Source: Candidatus Saccharimonadota bacterium (GTDB lineage Bacteria; Bacteroidota; Bacteroidia; Flavobacteriales; Blattabacteriaceae). Taken from it: 32,000 nucleotides of DNA. The stretch spans positions 14,354 through 46,353 of the forward strand of contig NZ_CP104094.1 of the NCBI RefSeq assembly GCF_033372575.1. The letters are read 5' to 3'. The translations under genes and the position numbers were made by a program. Positions 18,660 to 28,241 of this stretch are shown here, piece after piece. Below the pieces are notes generated by a model, which was not told where the DNA came from, searched no databases, and saw only the letters and a list, made by a program, of their open reading frames with translations. Every line of letters begins with the position of its first letter. The first letter of the stretch is position 1.

Positions 18660-21251
18660 TTATAATTTTAAAATAATAAATAAAAAAATATATAAAATTT
18701 GGTTAAAAAAAAAATATTTTAATTCTAATTTCAATATAAAGAAAAAACCTTATTTATTATTACTTCCTCCCCCTAATATAACAGGAGATTTACATATTGG
18801 ACATATATTAAATAGTACTATATTAGATATATTAGCAAGAAGACATAGAATGTTAGGATATAATGTATGTTGGATACCTGGAACAGATCATGCTTCTATA
18901 GCTACAGAAATAAAAGTAATAAAAGAATTAAAAAACAATGGAATAAATATAAAAAATTTAAGAAAAAAAAAATATTATAAAATATTATTAAATTGGGCTA
19001 AAAAATATAATAAAATTATAATTAAACAATTAAAAAGTATAGGTTGTTCATGTGATTGGAATAGAAAACAATTTACTATGGATAAAAATAATTATAAATC
19101 TGTAATTAAAGTATTTATAAAATTATATGAAAAAGGAATAATATATAAAAAAAATAAATTAGTAAATTGGGATACTTATGCAAAAACTACAATTTCTGAT
19201 GAAGAAATAATATATAAAAAAATAAAAAAAACTTTATATTATATAAAATATTTTACAGAGGATAAAAAAAAATATTTAGTAATAGCTACTACAAGACCAG
19301 AAACAATATTTGGAGATACTGCTGTATGTATTAATCCAAAAGATAAAAGATATAAAAATTTTATAAATTATAAATTAATAGTTCCAATAGTAAATAGAGT
19401 AATACCAATAATAACAGATAAATCAGTAGATAAAAATTTTGGAACAGGATGTATAAAAATTACTCCTGCCCATAGTAAAGAAGATTATAAAATATATAAA
19501 AAACATAAATTAAATATAATTAATATTTTTAATGACGATGGTACATTAAATGAAAATTGTAAGTATTTAAAAGGTAAAGATAGATTTTATGGAAGAAAAA
19601 AAATTTATAAAAAATTGAAAAAATTAGGAAATTTAGTAAAAAAAGAAAAAATAATAAGTAAAATAGCTTATTCAGATAGATCAAATACAATAATAGAAAA
19701 TAAATTATCTTCACAATGGTTTTTAAAAATGAAATATTTAATTCAACCTGTATTAAAAAAAATAAAAAATATAATATTTTATCCTAAAAATAAATATAAT
19801 AATTTATGTAATAAATGGTTAAATAATATTAAAGATTGGAATATTTCAAGACAATTAAAATGGGGACATAGAATACCAGTTTATTATTATAAAAATAATT
19901 TAGTAGTAGCAAAAAATTTTAAAAATGCTATTAAAAAATTAAAAAATAAATATAAAAAAATTAACATAAATAATATAAAACAAGATAAAGATGTATTAGA
20001 TACTTGGTTTTCTTCTTGTATATTACCAATATCAGTATTATATGGTATAAATAAACCTAATAATATTGATTTTAATTATTATTTTCCTATAGAAATATTA
20101 GTTACTGGTTATGATATATTATTTTTTTGGGTTTTAAGAATGATAATGTTAAGTTGTTTTTTAATAAAAAAAAATCCATTTAAAAAAGTATATTTAACAG
20201 GTATAGCAAGAGATAATAATAAAATTAAAATATCTAAATCTTTAGGAAATTATAAAAATTTATATGTATTATTAAACAAATATGGTGCAGATGGAATAAG
20301 AACAGGAATATTAAGTACTAATTTTGAATATGATTTTATTTTTAATGATAATTTATGTATAAAAGGTAGAAATTTTATAAATAAAATATGGAATGCATTT
20401 CAATTAATAATAAAAATTAAATATAAAGTAAAACAAAATAATAAAAAAAAAACAAAAAAACTAAATAAAATAATGGTAAAATGGTTTAAAAATATTTTAT
20501 ATTATAAAATATATAAATTAAATAATTATTTAGATAATTATAAAATATATAAATCATTTATTTTAATAAAAAATTTATTTAAAAAAACATTTTGTTCTAT
20601 ATATTTAGAGTATATTAAAAAACAAATAAAAGATAAATATTTAATTAAAAAAACTTTTAATTATTTTTATATCTTATTAAAAATTTTACATCCATATGCT
20701 CCTTTTATAACGGAATATATTTGGAAATTATTAAAAAAAAAAAAAATATAACAATTTCTAGTTGGCCTAAAATTAAAAAATTTAATAAAAAAATAATAAA
20801 TAAATTTAATAATACATTAAATTTTATAAAATATTTAAATACTATTAAATATTCAAATAATAATAATGTAATTTATATATATAAAAGTAATAAACAGAAT
20901 TTTAAAAATAATATATATATTAAATTAATATATAAATTGACTTTAATAAAAAAAATTAAAATAAAAAGTAAATTAAAAAATAAAAATAAATATTTATTAT
21001 TTATTTATAAAAATATAATTTTTTTTTTATTAAAAAAAAAAATAATATTTAATAAAAATAATGAAAATAAAAAAATATATAAAAAAATAAAGTATTATAA
21101 AAAATATTTATTAAATATAAATAATAAATTAAAAAATAAACAATATTTATTAAAAGCACCTATTAAAATAATAAATTTAGAAAAAAAAAAAAAAAAAGAT
21201 ATTGTAAAATTAATAATAAATTTAAAAAAAAAAATATTAATTAATAAATAA
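18652..21251 (+). CDS. valS: Valyl-tRNA synthetase, split by a frameshift in an A14 run (20733-20746)
   Basis: The 699-aa ORF carries PPPNITGDLHIGH (HIGH) and KISKSLGN (KMSKS) and ends ...LHPYAPFITEYIWKLLKKKKI*. The next ORF, in the -1 frame, continues ...NITISSWPKIKKF..., as expected for ValRS after PFITEE.W, and supplies the C-terminal ~170 aa. Together they give about 875 aa, a normal ValRS length. Confidence 0.85.
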
Positions 21252-21341
21252 AAAATAAATTTTAAAAAATTAATAAAAATAATAATTAATGTTTTTTTTT
21301 ATTAATTAAATCATATATTTAATAATAAAAATTATAAAATA

Positions 21342-21923
21342 ATGAATAATACGGAAAAAATAAAAAATAATAATATGGATATTAATATCGATAAAAAAAG
21401 TAATATCGATAAAAATATTAATATCGATAAAAAAAGTAATATCGATAAAAATATTAATATCGATAAAAAAAGTAATATCGATAAAAAAAATAATATCGAT
21501 AAAAAAAGTAATAAAGAAAATTATAAAGATAAATATTTAAGAACATTAGCAGAATTTGAAAATTATAAAAATAGAAATGAAAAGGAAAATAAAAAAATAT
21601 ATAAAAATTATAAAGGACAAATAATAAATAATATTTTACCTATATTAGATGATTTTGAACGTTATATAAAAGAAGAAAAAATAACAAAAAAAAATGGGAT
21701 ATATTTAATATATAAAAAATTTATAAGTATTTTAGAAAATAATGGACTTAAAAAAATAGAGGTTAAAATTGGTGATAAATTTAATTATGATATACATAAT
21801 GCTATATCTAAAAAAAAAGTGAATAATGAAAAAATGAAAAATAAAATAGTTAAAATATTAGAAGAAGGTTATTATATATACGATAAATTAATTCGTTGTG
21901 CAAAAGTAATAGTAGGTTATTAA
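21342..21923 (+). CDS. grpE: Nucleotide exchange factor GrpE (with an N-terminal repeat expansion)
   Basis: 193-aa ORF with KDKYLRTLAEFENYKNR, ILPILDDFER and the C-terminal KVIV block. It lies upstream of dnaJ. Confidence 0.85.
   Translation: MNNTEKIKNNNMDINIDKKSNIDKNINIDKKSNIDKNINIDKKSNIDKKNNIDKKSNKENYKDKYLRTLAEFENYKNRNEKENKKIYKNYKGQIINNILPILDDFERYIKEEKITKKNGIYLIYKKFISILENNGLKKIEVKIGDKFNYDIHNAISKKKVNNEKMKNKIVKILEEGYYIYDKLIRCAKVIVGY
21381..21513. repeat. 36-nt in-frame tandem repeat (about 3.7 copies) inside grpE
   Basis: ATTAATATCGATAAAAAAAGTAATATCGATAAAAAT occurs at 21381-21416 and 21417-21452 (identical). A third copy at 21453-21488 has 1 mismatch, and a partial copy runs to about 21513. 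The repeat encodes (NIDKKSNIDKNI)n, and each unit holds two ATCGAT sites. Confidence 0.9.
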
Positions 21924-21952
21924 TAAAGAAATAAAATTATAAATAAATTATT

Positions 21953-22999
21953 ATGAAAGATTATTATAAAATTTTAGGAGTCTCTAAAAATGCTTCATTA
22001 AATGAAATAAAACAAGCTTATAGAAAATTAGCAATAAAATATCATCCAGATAAAAATCAAAATAATAAAATAGCAGAGGAAAAATTTAAAGAAGCAGCAG
22101 AAGCTTATAGTGTTTTAAGCGATTCTAATAAAAAAAAAATGTATGATAGAAATAAAGAAAATTATTCAGAAAATTATTCATATACAGAAGAAGCTATGGA
22201 TGATATATTTAGTAATTTTGGAGATATTTTTAGTGAAAGTTTTACAGATTTTAATTTTACAAGAAAAAAAAAAAAATATAATAAAATAAAAGGAAGTAAT
22301 TTAAGAATAAATTTAAATGTTACTTTAGAAGAAATTTATAATGGAGTAGAAAAAATAATAAAAGTTAAAAGATTAAAAGTTGACCCAAATATAAAATTTA
22401 AAAATTGTTATAATTGTAATGGTACTGGAGTTGTAACTAATATAACTAAGACTTTTTTAGGAAGAATGCAAACTACTATTAAATGTAATATTTGTAATGG
22501 TATAGGAAAAGTAATATTTCCACAAATTGCTAATAAGAAAGTGTTAATTAAAGTAGAGGAATTAATAAAAATAAATATACCTTCTGGAGTTACTGAAGGT
22601 ATAGAATTAAAAATACAGGGAAAAGGAAATGAAGCACCTTATGGTGGAAAAACAGGGGATTTAATAATTATAATAAAAGAAAAACAACATAAAATATTTA
22701 ATAGAAAAGGAAAAAATATATATTATAATTTATATATATCTATACCTGATGCTTTATTAGGAACAGTGAAAAATATAAATACATTAAATGATGAAATAAT
22801 TAAAATAAAGATTAAATCTGGAACTCAAAATGGACAAAAAATAAGAATAAAAAAAAAAGGATTACCATCAATTAATGGATATGAATATGGAGATTTTATA
22901 ATAAAAATAATTGTATGGATACCTAAAAGAATAAATAATAAACAAAAAAAAATATTTGAAAAAATAAAAAAAGATAAAAATTTTATTTATGAAAAATAA
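21953..22999 (+). CDS. dnaJ: Chaperone DnaJ (reduced zinc-finger and G/F regions)
   Basis: 348-aa ORF with J domain [31 protein letters not shown]. Only two CxxCxGxG motifs are present ([16 protein letters not shown]). Confidence 0.88.
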   Translation: MKDYYKILGVSKNASLNEIKQAYRKLAIKYHPDKNQNNKIAEEKFKEAAEAYSVLSDSNKKKMYDRNKENYSENYSYTEEAMDDIFSNFGDIFSESFTDFNFTRKKKKYNKIKGSNLRINLNVTLEEIYNGVEKIIKVKRLKVDPNIKFKNCYNCNGTGVVTNITKTFLGRMQTTIKCNICNGIGKVIFPQIANKKVLIKVEELIKINIPSGVTEGIELKIQGKGNEAPYGGKTGDLIIIIKEKQHKIFNRKGKNIYYNLYISIPDALLGTVKNINTLNDEIIKIKIKSGTQNGQKIRIKKKGLPSINGYEYGDFIIKIIVWIPKRINNKQKKIFEKIKKDKNFIYEK

Positions 23000-23930
23000 A
23001 TGAAAAAAGTAGTAATAGCATTATCAGGAGGAGTAGATTCAAGTGTATCAGCATATTTATTAAAAAAAATGGGATATGAAGTTATAGGAATATTTATGTA
23101 TAATTGGAGTAATAATAATTGTATGTGGGAGGATATAAGAGATGCAATGTTAATATCAAATAAATTAAAAATACCATTTTATGTTTTTGATTTAAGAAAA
23201 GAATATAGGAAAGGAGTAATAAATTATATGTATGAAGGATATAAAAAAGGAATTACTCCTAATCCTGATATAATATGTAATGAAAAAATAAAATTTGGGA
23301 TATTTTTAAAGAAAGCATTAAAACTAAAAGTCGATTATATAGCAACTGGTCATTATGTAAGAAAAAAAAAAATTTATAATAAAAAAAAAATTATTTATTG
23401 TTTATTATCAGGTAAAGATAAAAAAAAAGATCAATCTTATTTTTTATGTAGATTAAATCAATATCAATTATCTAAAAGTTTATTTCCATTAGGCAATTTA
23501 ACTAAAAAGGAAGTAAGAAAATTAGCATTAAAATTAAAATTTTATAATGCTTATAAAAAAGACAAAGAAAACATTTAAATATAAAAGGATATAAATATCC
23601 TTTATTTTTATTTTATAAAAATAAAAATAGAAATATATTATATGTATGTAAAAAAAATCATAAAGAATTATATAAAAAATTTATTTTTATAAAAAAAAAA
23701 CTATACATTGGATAAGAAAAAAATATATATTAAATTTAATAAAAAAAAATAAAGGAAAAATAAAAGTAATGTGTAAAATAAGATATAATCAAAATATGGA
23801 AAAAGCAATTTTATTTTTTAATAATTTAGGTATTTTAGTAAAATTTGATAAAAATCAATTTGCAGTTACTCCAGGCCAATTTATTGTATGGTATATTAAT
23901 AATGAATTAATAGGTTCAGGAATAATATGA
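23000..23930 (+). pseudogene. mnmA: tRNA 2-thiouridine synthase MnmA, decayed (two frameshifts plus an internal deletion)
   Basis: Frame A (23000-23578) has the PP-loop ALSGGVDSS and NPDIICNEKIKF and ends ...AYKKDKENI*. Frame B (about 23557-23715) reads KRQRKHLNIKG...NILYVCKKNHKELYKKFIFIKKK. Frame C (23676-23930) reads TIHWIRKK...KIRYNQ...FAVTPGQFIVWYINNELIGSGII*. The DS.GICFIG block that normally follows KKD is absent. Confidence 0.75.
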
Positions 23931-25207
23931 AAAAAATAGCCTTTTTTACTATTGGATGTAAATTAAATTTTTCTGAAACTTCAATAATTAGTAAAAGTTT
24001 TAATAAAAAAAAATATAAAATAGTAGATTTTAAAGATTATGCTGATATATATGTAATAAATACATGTGCAGTTACTCACAAAGCTGAAAAAGATTTAAAA
24101 TATAAAGTAAAATATATATTAAAAAAAAATAATAAGGCATTTATAATAGCATTAGGTTGTTATTCACAAATTGAAAAAAAAAAATTATATAATATTAAAG
24201 GAATAAATTTAGTATTAGGTAATGATAAAAAATTTAATATTATTGATTATATAGAAAAAAAAAAAAATATATATTCTTGTGAATTATTTACATTACCTAA
24301 CGAATATAAAGATGCATATTCAATAGAAAAAAATAGAACTAGATCTTTTTTAAAAATACAAGATGGATGTAATTATAAATGTTCATATTGTACAATACCA
24401 TTAGCTAGAGGATTATCACGTTCTAATAGTATTAAAAATATTATAAATAATATATATTATATTTTAAATAAAGGAATAAAAGAAATAGTTTTAACAGGAG
24501 TAAATATAGGAGATTATAAATATAATAATAAAGATTTTTTATTTTTAATAAAAAAAATAGATAAAATAAAAAAGTTAAAAAGAATAAGAATATCTTCAAT
24601 AGAACCTAATTTATTAACAGATAATATAATAAAATTTATATCTAAAAGTAAAAAATTTTTAAATCACTTTCATATACCATTACAATCAGGTAGTGATTAT
24701 ATTTTAAAAAAAATGAGAAGAAGATATTTAACTAAACTATATTTAAATAAAATAAATAAAATAATATCTATAATACCAGATGCTTGTATAGGTTCTGATG
24801 TAATAGTAGGTTTTCCGGGTGAAAAAAATAAATATTTTATGGAAACTTATAATTTAATAAAATCAATAAAAATATCATATTTACATGTATTTTCTTTTTC
24901 ACCTAGAAAAAACACTATAGCATTAAAAATGAAAAATAAAATAGATAATAATAGAATAAAATATAGAAGTAAAATATTAAGACAAATATCTTATTTAAAA
25001 ACTAGATTATTTTATAAAAAATTTTTAGGTACTAAAAGAAAAGTATTATTTGAAAATAAAAAAAATGATTGGATATATGGTTATACAGATAATTATATAA
25101 AAGTTAAAATAAAAGGTTCTAATAAAAATAGAAATAAAATTATAAATGTAATTTTAGAAAAAATAGAAAATAATAAAAATATAATAATAGGAAAAATTGA
25201 AAAATAA
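23927..25207 (+). CDS. mtaB: Radical-SAM methylthiotransferase, MtaB (YqeV)-like
   Basis: 426-aa ORF. The N-terminus KIAFFTIGCKLNFSET...DFKDYADIYVINTCAVT...LGCYSQ resembles MtaB/YqeV rather than MiaB. It has the radical-SAM motif CNYKCSYC and a C-terminal TRAM-like region. Confidence 0.7.
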   Translation: MKKIAFFTIGCKLNFSETSIISKSFNKKKYKIVDFKDYADIYVINTCAVTHKAEKDLKYKVKYILKKNNKAFIIALGCYSQIEKKKLYNIKGINLVLGNDKKFNIIDYIEKKKNIYSCELFTLPNEYKDAYSIEKNRTRSFLKIQDGCNYKCSYCTIPLARGLSRSNSIKNIINNIYYILNKGIKEIVLTGVNIGDYKYNNKDFLFLIKKIDKIKKLKRIRISSIEPNLLTDNIIKFISKSKKFLNHFHIPLQSGSDYILKKMRRRYLTKLYLNKINKIISIIPDACIGSDVIVGFPGEKNKYFMETYNLIKSIKISYLHVFSFSPRKNTIALKMKNKIDNNRIKYRSKILRQISYLKTRLFYKKFLGTKRKVLFENKKNDWIYGYTDNYIKVKIKGSNKNRNKIINVILEKIENNKNIIIGKIEK

Positions 25208-26894
25208 TAATAAAAAATTAATAATTAATTTATCAAAAAAAATAAATAAACATAATTATAGATATTATATACTTAATAAACCTATAATTTCAAATTATGA
25301 ATATGATAAAATATTAAATAAATTGATAAAATTAGAAAAAAAATATAATTTTATTTATAAAAATTCTCCAATTAAAAAATTTAATAAAAATTTATTAAAT
25401 AAAAAATTTAAAGTAACTAAACATTATTTTAAAATGTATTCTATAAATAATGTATATAGTAAAGAGAATTTGATAATATGGAAAAAAAAAATGGATAAAA
25501 AAATAGGAAAAAAAAATAATTATATATGTGAATTAAAATATGATGGAATAGCAATGAGTTTAATATATAAATATGGAAAATTAAAAAGTGCTATTACTAG
25601 AGGTGATGGAAAATATGGTAATGAAGTAATTAATAATATTTTATTTATAAATAATATTAAAAAATATATAAAAAAAATAAAAAATATAAAAATTTTTAAT
25701 ATTAAAGGGGAAATAGTATTTTCTAAAATAAATTTTTCTATTATTAATAAAATAAATAAAAAAAAATTTTCTAATCCAAGAAATGCAGCTAATGGAACTA
25801 TACATAGTAAATATTATAATAAAAATATTAAATATTTAGATTTTATCCCATATAGTATATATACTAATGATAATAATATTAATTTAAAAATTAATAATCA
25901 ATTTAAATCAATTAAATTAATAGAAAATTTATATTTAAAATATCAAAAAAAAGCTTATAAATTATGTAAAAGTAGTAAACAAATAATTAATTATATATCA
26001 TATTGGGAAAAAAATATATCTATATATCCTATAGATGGAATAGTAATAAAAATAAATGATTTTAATATTCAAAAAAAATTAAAATCTAATAATATTTTTT
26101 ATAAATGGTGTATAGCTTATAAATTTAAAGATAAAGAATTAATAACAAAAGTAAAAAAAGTTAAATTTAATGTAGGTAAAAGTGGAATAATTGTACCAGT
26201 TGTTTATTTTAAACCTATTATTATAAATGGTACAATAATAAAAAAAGCGTCATTATATAATAGTAATATTTATAATAACTATAATTTATCAATAAATGAT
26301 AAAATAATAATAAAAAAATCAGGTAATATAATTCCTAAAATAATTAAAAATATAAATTTTAATAAAAATAAAAATAAATATATCAATTTTCCTTTATATT
26401 GTCCTAGTTGTAATAAATTATTAAAAAAAAAAAATAATATTTTAATTTGTAAAAATGATAAAAAATGTAAAAAACAAATAATTGAAAAAATTAAACATTT
26501 TATTAGTGCAATGAAAATAAAAATTAATAATAATATTATTAATCAATTATTTGATAATAATAAATTAAATAATATTACTGATTTATATTATTTAACTAAA
26601 AATGATTTTTTACTTATTAATGTTAAATCTAAAGTATATATTAGAATTTTAAATGAAATTAAAAATTCTAAAAAAAATAATTTAAATAATTTTTTATTTG
26701 CTTTATGTATTCCTAGTATTGGTAAATATATTTGTAAAAAAATTGAAAAAAAATATAAAAATTTATATAATTTATTAAAAAATATTAAAAAAAATAATAT
26801 TAAATTTTTAGGAAAAAATATAGAAAAAAATATAAAAAAATATTTTAATAGTTTTATTATAAAACAATTTATTAAATTAGGTTTTAAAATATGA
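25197..26894 (+). CDS. ligA: NAD-dependent DNA ligase LigA (no BRCT domain)
   Basis: 565-aa ORF with the adenylation motif CELKYDG, ITRGDG, and the Zn finger CPSCNKLL...ICKNDKKCKKQ, followed by about 140 aa of HhH-like sequence. It is about 100 aa shorter than typical LigA. Confidence 0.85.
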   Translation: MKNNNKKLIINLSKKINKHNYRYYILNKPIISNYEYDKILNKLIKLEKKYNFIYKNSPIKKFNKNLLNKKFKVTKHYFKMYSINNVYSKENLIIWKKKMDKKIGKKNNYICELKYDGIAMSLIYKYGKLKSAITRGDGKYGNEVINNILFINNIKKYIKKIKNIKIFNIKGEIVFSKINFSIINKINKKKFSNPRNAANGTIHSKYYNKNIKYLDFIPYSIYTNDNNINLKINNQFKSIKLIENLYLKYQKKAYKLCKSSKQIINYISYWEKNISIYPIDGIVIKINDFNIQKKLKSNNIFYKWCIAYKFKDKELITKVKKVKFNVGKSGIIVPVVYFKPIIINGTIIKKASLYNSNIYNNYNLSINDKIIIKKSGNIIPKIIKNINFNKNKNKYINFPLYCPSCNKLLKKKNNILICKNDKKCKKQIIEKIKHFISAMKIKINNNIINQLFDNNKLNNITDLYYLTKNDFLLINVKSKVYIRILNEIKNSKKNNLNNFLFALCIPSIGKYICKKIEKKYKNLYNLLKNIKKNNIKFLGKNIEKNIKKYFNSFIIKQFIKLGFKI

Positions 26895-27640
26895 GATATT
26901 TTATAAAATTATCATATAATGGCTTTCATTTTAAAGGATGGCAAAAACAAAAAAATAATAAATTAACTATTGAAGAAGAAATTGAAAATAAAATTTCAAT
27001 TATTTTAAATAAACCTATTAATTTAATAGGTGCCAGTAGAACAGATAGTGGAGTACACGCAAAATTAATGTTTGCTCATTTTGATTATAATAATACAATA
27101 AATAAAAAAAAATTTTTATATAAAATAAATTTATTAATTTCTTCTTATATAATTATTTATGATTTATTTAAGGTAAAAAATAATGTACATGCTAGATTTA
27201 GCGCTATATATAGAATATATAAATATATAATAGGTTATAAAAAAAATCCATTTTATAAAAATTTATATTGGTATTGGAAATATAAAAATAAATTAAATAT
27301 AAATTTAATGAATAAAGCTATTAATATTATTATTAATAGAAAAAATTTTATTTTATTTTCAACTACTAATAAAAAATTAAAAAATTATAATTGTAATATA
27401 TATTATGCTTATTGGAATAAAAAAAATAAATATATTTATTTTATTATAAAATCTAATAGATTTTTAAGAAAAATGGTAAGATTTATCATATCTCTATGTA
27501 TAGAAATAGGATTAAATAAAATAACTATTTATGATTTAAAAAATAAAATTAAAAAAAAAAAAATTTTTTTTAATATTAATATTCCACCATATGGTTTATA
27601 TTTAAAAAAAATAAAATATAATAAAAATATTTTTTTATAA
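26891..27640 (+). CDS. truA: tRNA pseudouridine38-40 synthase TruA
   Basis: 249-aa ORF MRYFIKLSYNGFHFKGWQKQ...GASRTDSGVHA (catalytic Asp motif). Its start overlaps the ligA stop as ATGA. Confidence 0.88.
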   Translation: MRYFIKLSYNGFHFKGWQKQKNNKLTIEEEIENKISIILNKPINLIGASRTDSGVHAKLMFAHFDYNNTINKKKFLYKINLLISSYIIIYDLFKVKNNVHARFSAIYRIYKYIIGYKKNPFYKNLYWYWKYKNKLNINLMNKAINIIINRKNFILFSTTNKKLKNYNCNIYYAYWNKKNKYIYFIIKSNRFLRKMVRFIISLCIEIGLNKITIYDLKNKIKKKKIFFNINIPPYGLYLKKIKYNKNIFL

Positions 27641-27820
27641 AATATTTTTATAAATTTTATTTTTATAATAAATAATATTTTTTTTAATTATTACATTATG
27701 ATATTTTTGATATTTATTTAATTTTTTATTAAAAAATAAAGGAAATAAAAATTTATTTATATTACCAGCTCTTCTTAATTTTTTTTTTGATATTGAAGTT
27801 TTTTTTTTAGGATGTGCCAT
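27635..27820 (-). CDS. rpmF: 50S ribosomal protein L32
   Basis: 61-aa ORF starting MAHPKKKTSISKKKLRR, the L32 N-terminal signature. It lies downstream of a DUF177 gene, as in many bacteria. Confidence 0.8.
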   Translation of the reverse strand: MAHPKKKTSISKKKLRRAGNINKFLFPLFFNKKLNKYQKYHNVIIKKNIIYYKNKIYKNIL

Positions 27821-27826
27821 AATATT

Positions 27827-28237
27827 TTAATAAATTAAACTTTTTATTTTTGGATCAATTCTTTTAAATGGTAACATTAATAAAATATACTCATATATAT
27901 ATTTAGAAATATTTATATTACGAGAATTTAAAGGTATAATTAAATAATTATCAGATTCTACTTTTTTTTTTCCAAAAAATATATTTAATATTTTTTTTTT
28001 TTTTATTTTAAATAAAAATTTATTATTACTAATATCACAAATTAATGTAATTTTACCTAAAAAATAAAATTTAAATATAAAATAATTATTATTATTTATT
28101 TTTTCAAATAATAATTTTATTTTAGGATTTAAAAATTTTTCTTTATTATAATTAAATTTTTTAAAAAATTTATTATTTATATTAAATAAAATTTTTTCAT
28201 TATTAGATAATAATGAAATATTATAACTATTAATCAT
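27827..28237 (-). CDS. DUF177/YceD-family protein (large-subunit rRNA accumulation protein)
   Basis: 136-aa ORF immediately upstream of rpmF (the conserved yceD-rpmF pairing), with the C-terminal pattern ...EYILLMLPFKRIDP. The call rests mostly on synteny. Confidence 0.5.
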   Translation of the reverse strand: MINSYNISLLSNNEKILFNINNKFFKKFNYNKEKFLNPKIKLLFEKINNNNYFIFKFYFLGKITLICDISNNKFLFKIKKKKILNIFFGKKKVESDNYLIIPLNSRNINISKYIYEYILLMLPFKRIDPKIKSLIY

Positions 28238-28241
28238 ATTA

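Noticed and set aside
12859-19714. Minus-strand ORFs at 12859-13131, 15236-15436, 15264-15668, 17300-17518, 18136-18333 and 19529-19714
   Set aside because: Each lies antisense to a well-conserved plus-strand gene (rpsS/rplV, rplF, rpsD, rpoA/rplQ, valS). They translate to low-complexity Phe/Leu/Ile/Tyr strings. These are the expected shadow ORFs of Lys/Asn/Ile-rich genes in AT-rich DNA.
20721-21251. 176-aa ORF listed as a separate gene (TTG start)
   Set aside because: Its N-terminus continues the ValRS sequence (SSWPK... after PFITE.IW) and it supplies the missing C-terminal ~170 aa. I treat it as the downstream part of frameshifted valS, not an independent gene.
23584-23614. Hairpin AAAGGAT-ATAAAT-ATCCTTT followed by ATTTTTATTTT, resembling an intrinsic terminator inside the mnmA remnant
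   Set aside because: The stem is only 7 bp with 2 G:C pairs, and such palindromes arise easily in ~88% A+T DNA. The same bases also align in frame with a conserved MnmA segment (KGYKYPLFLF). I cannot tell a functional terminator from chance.
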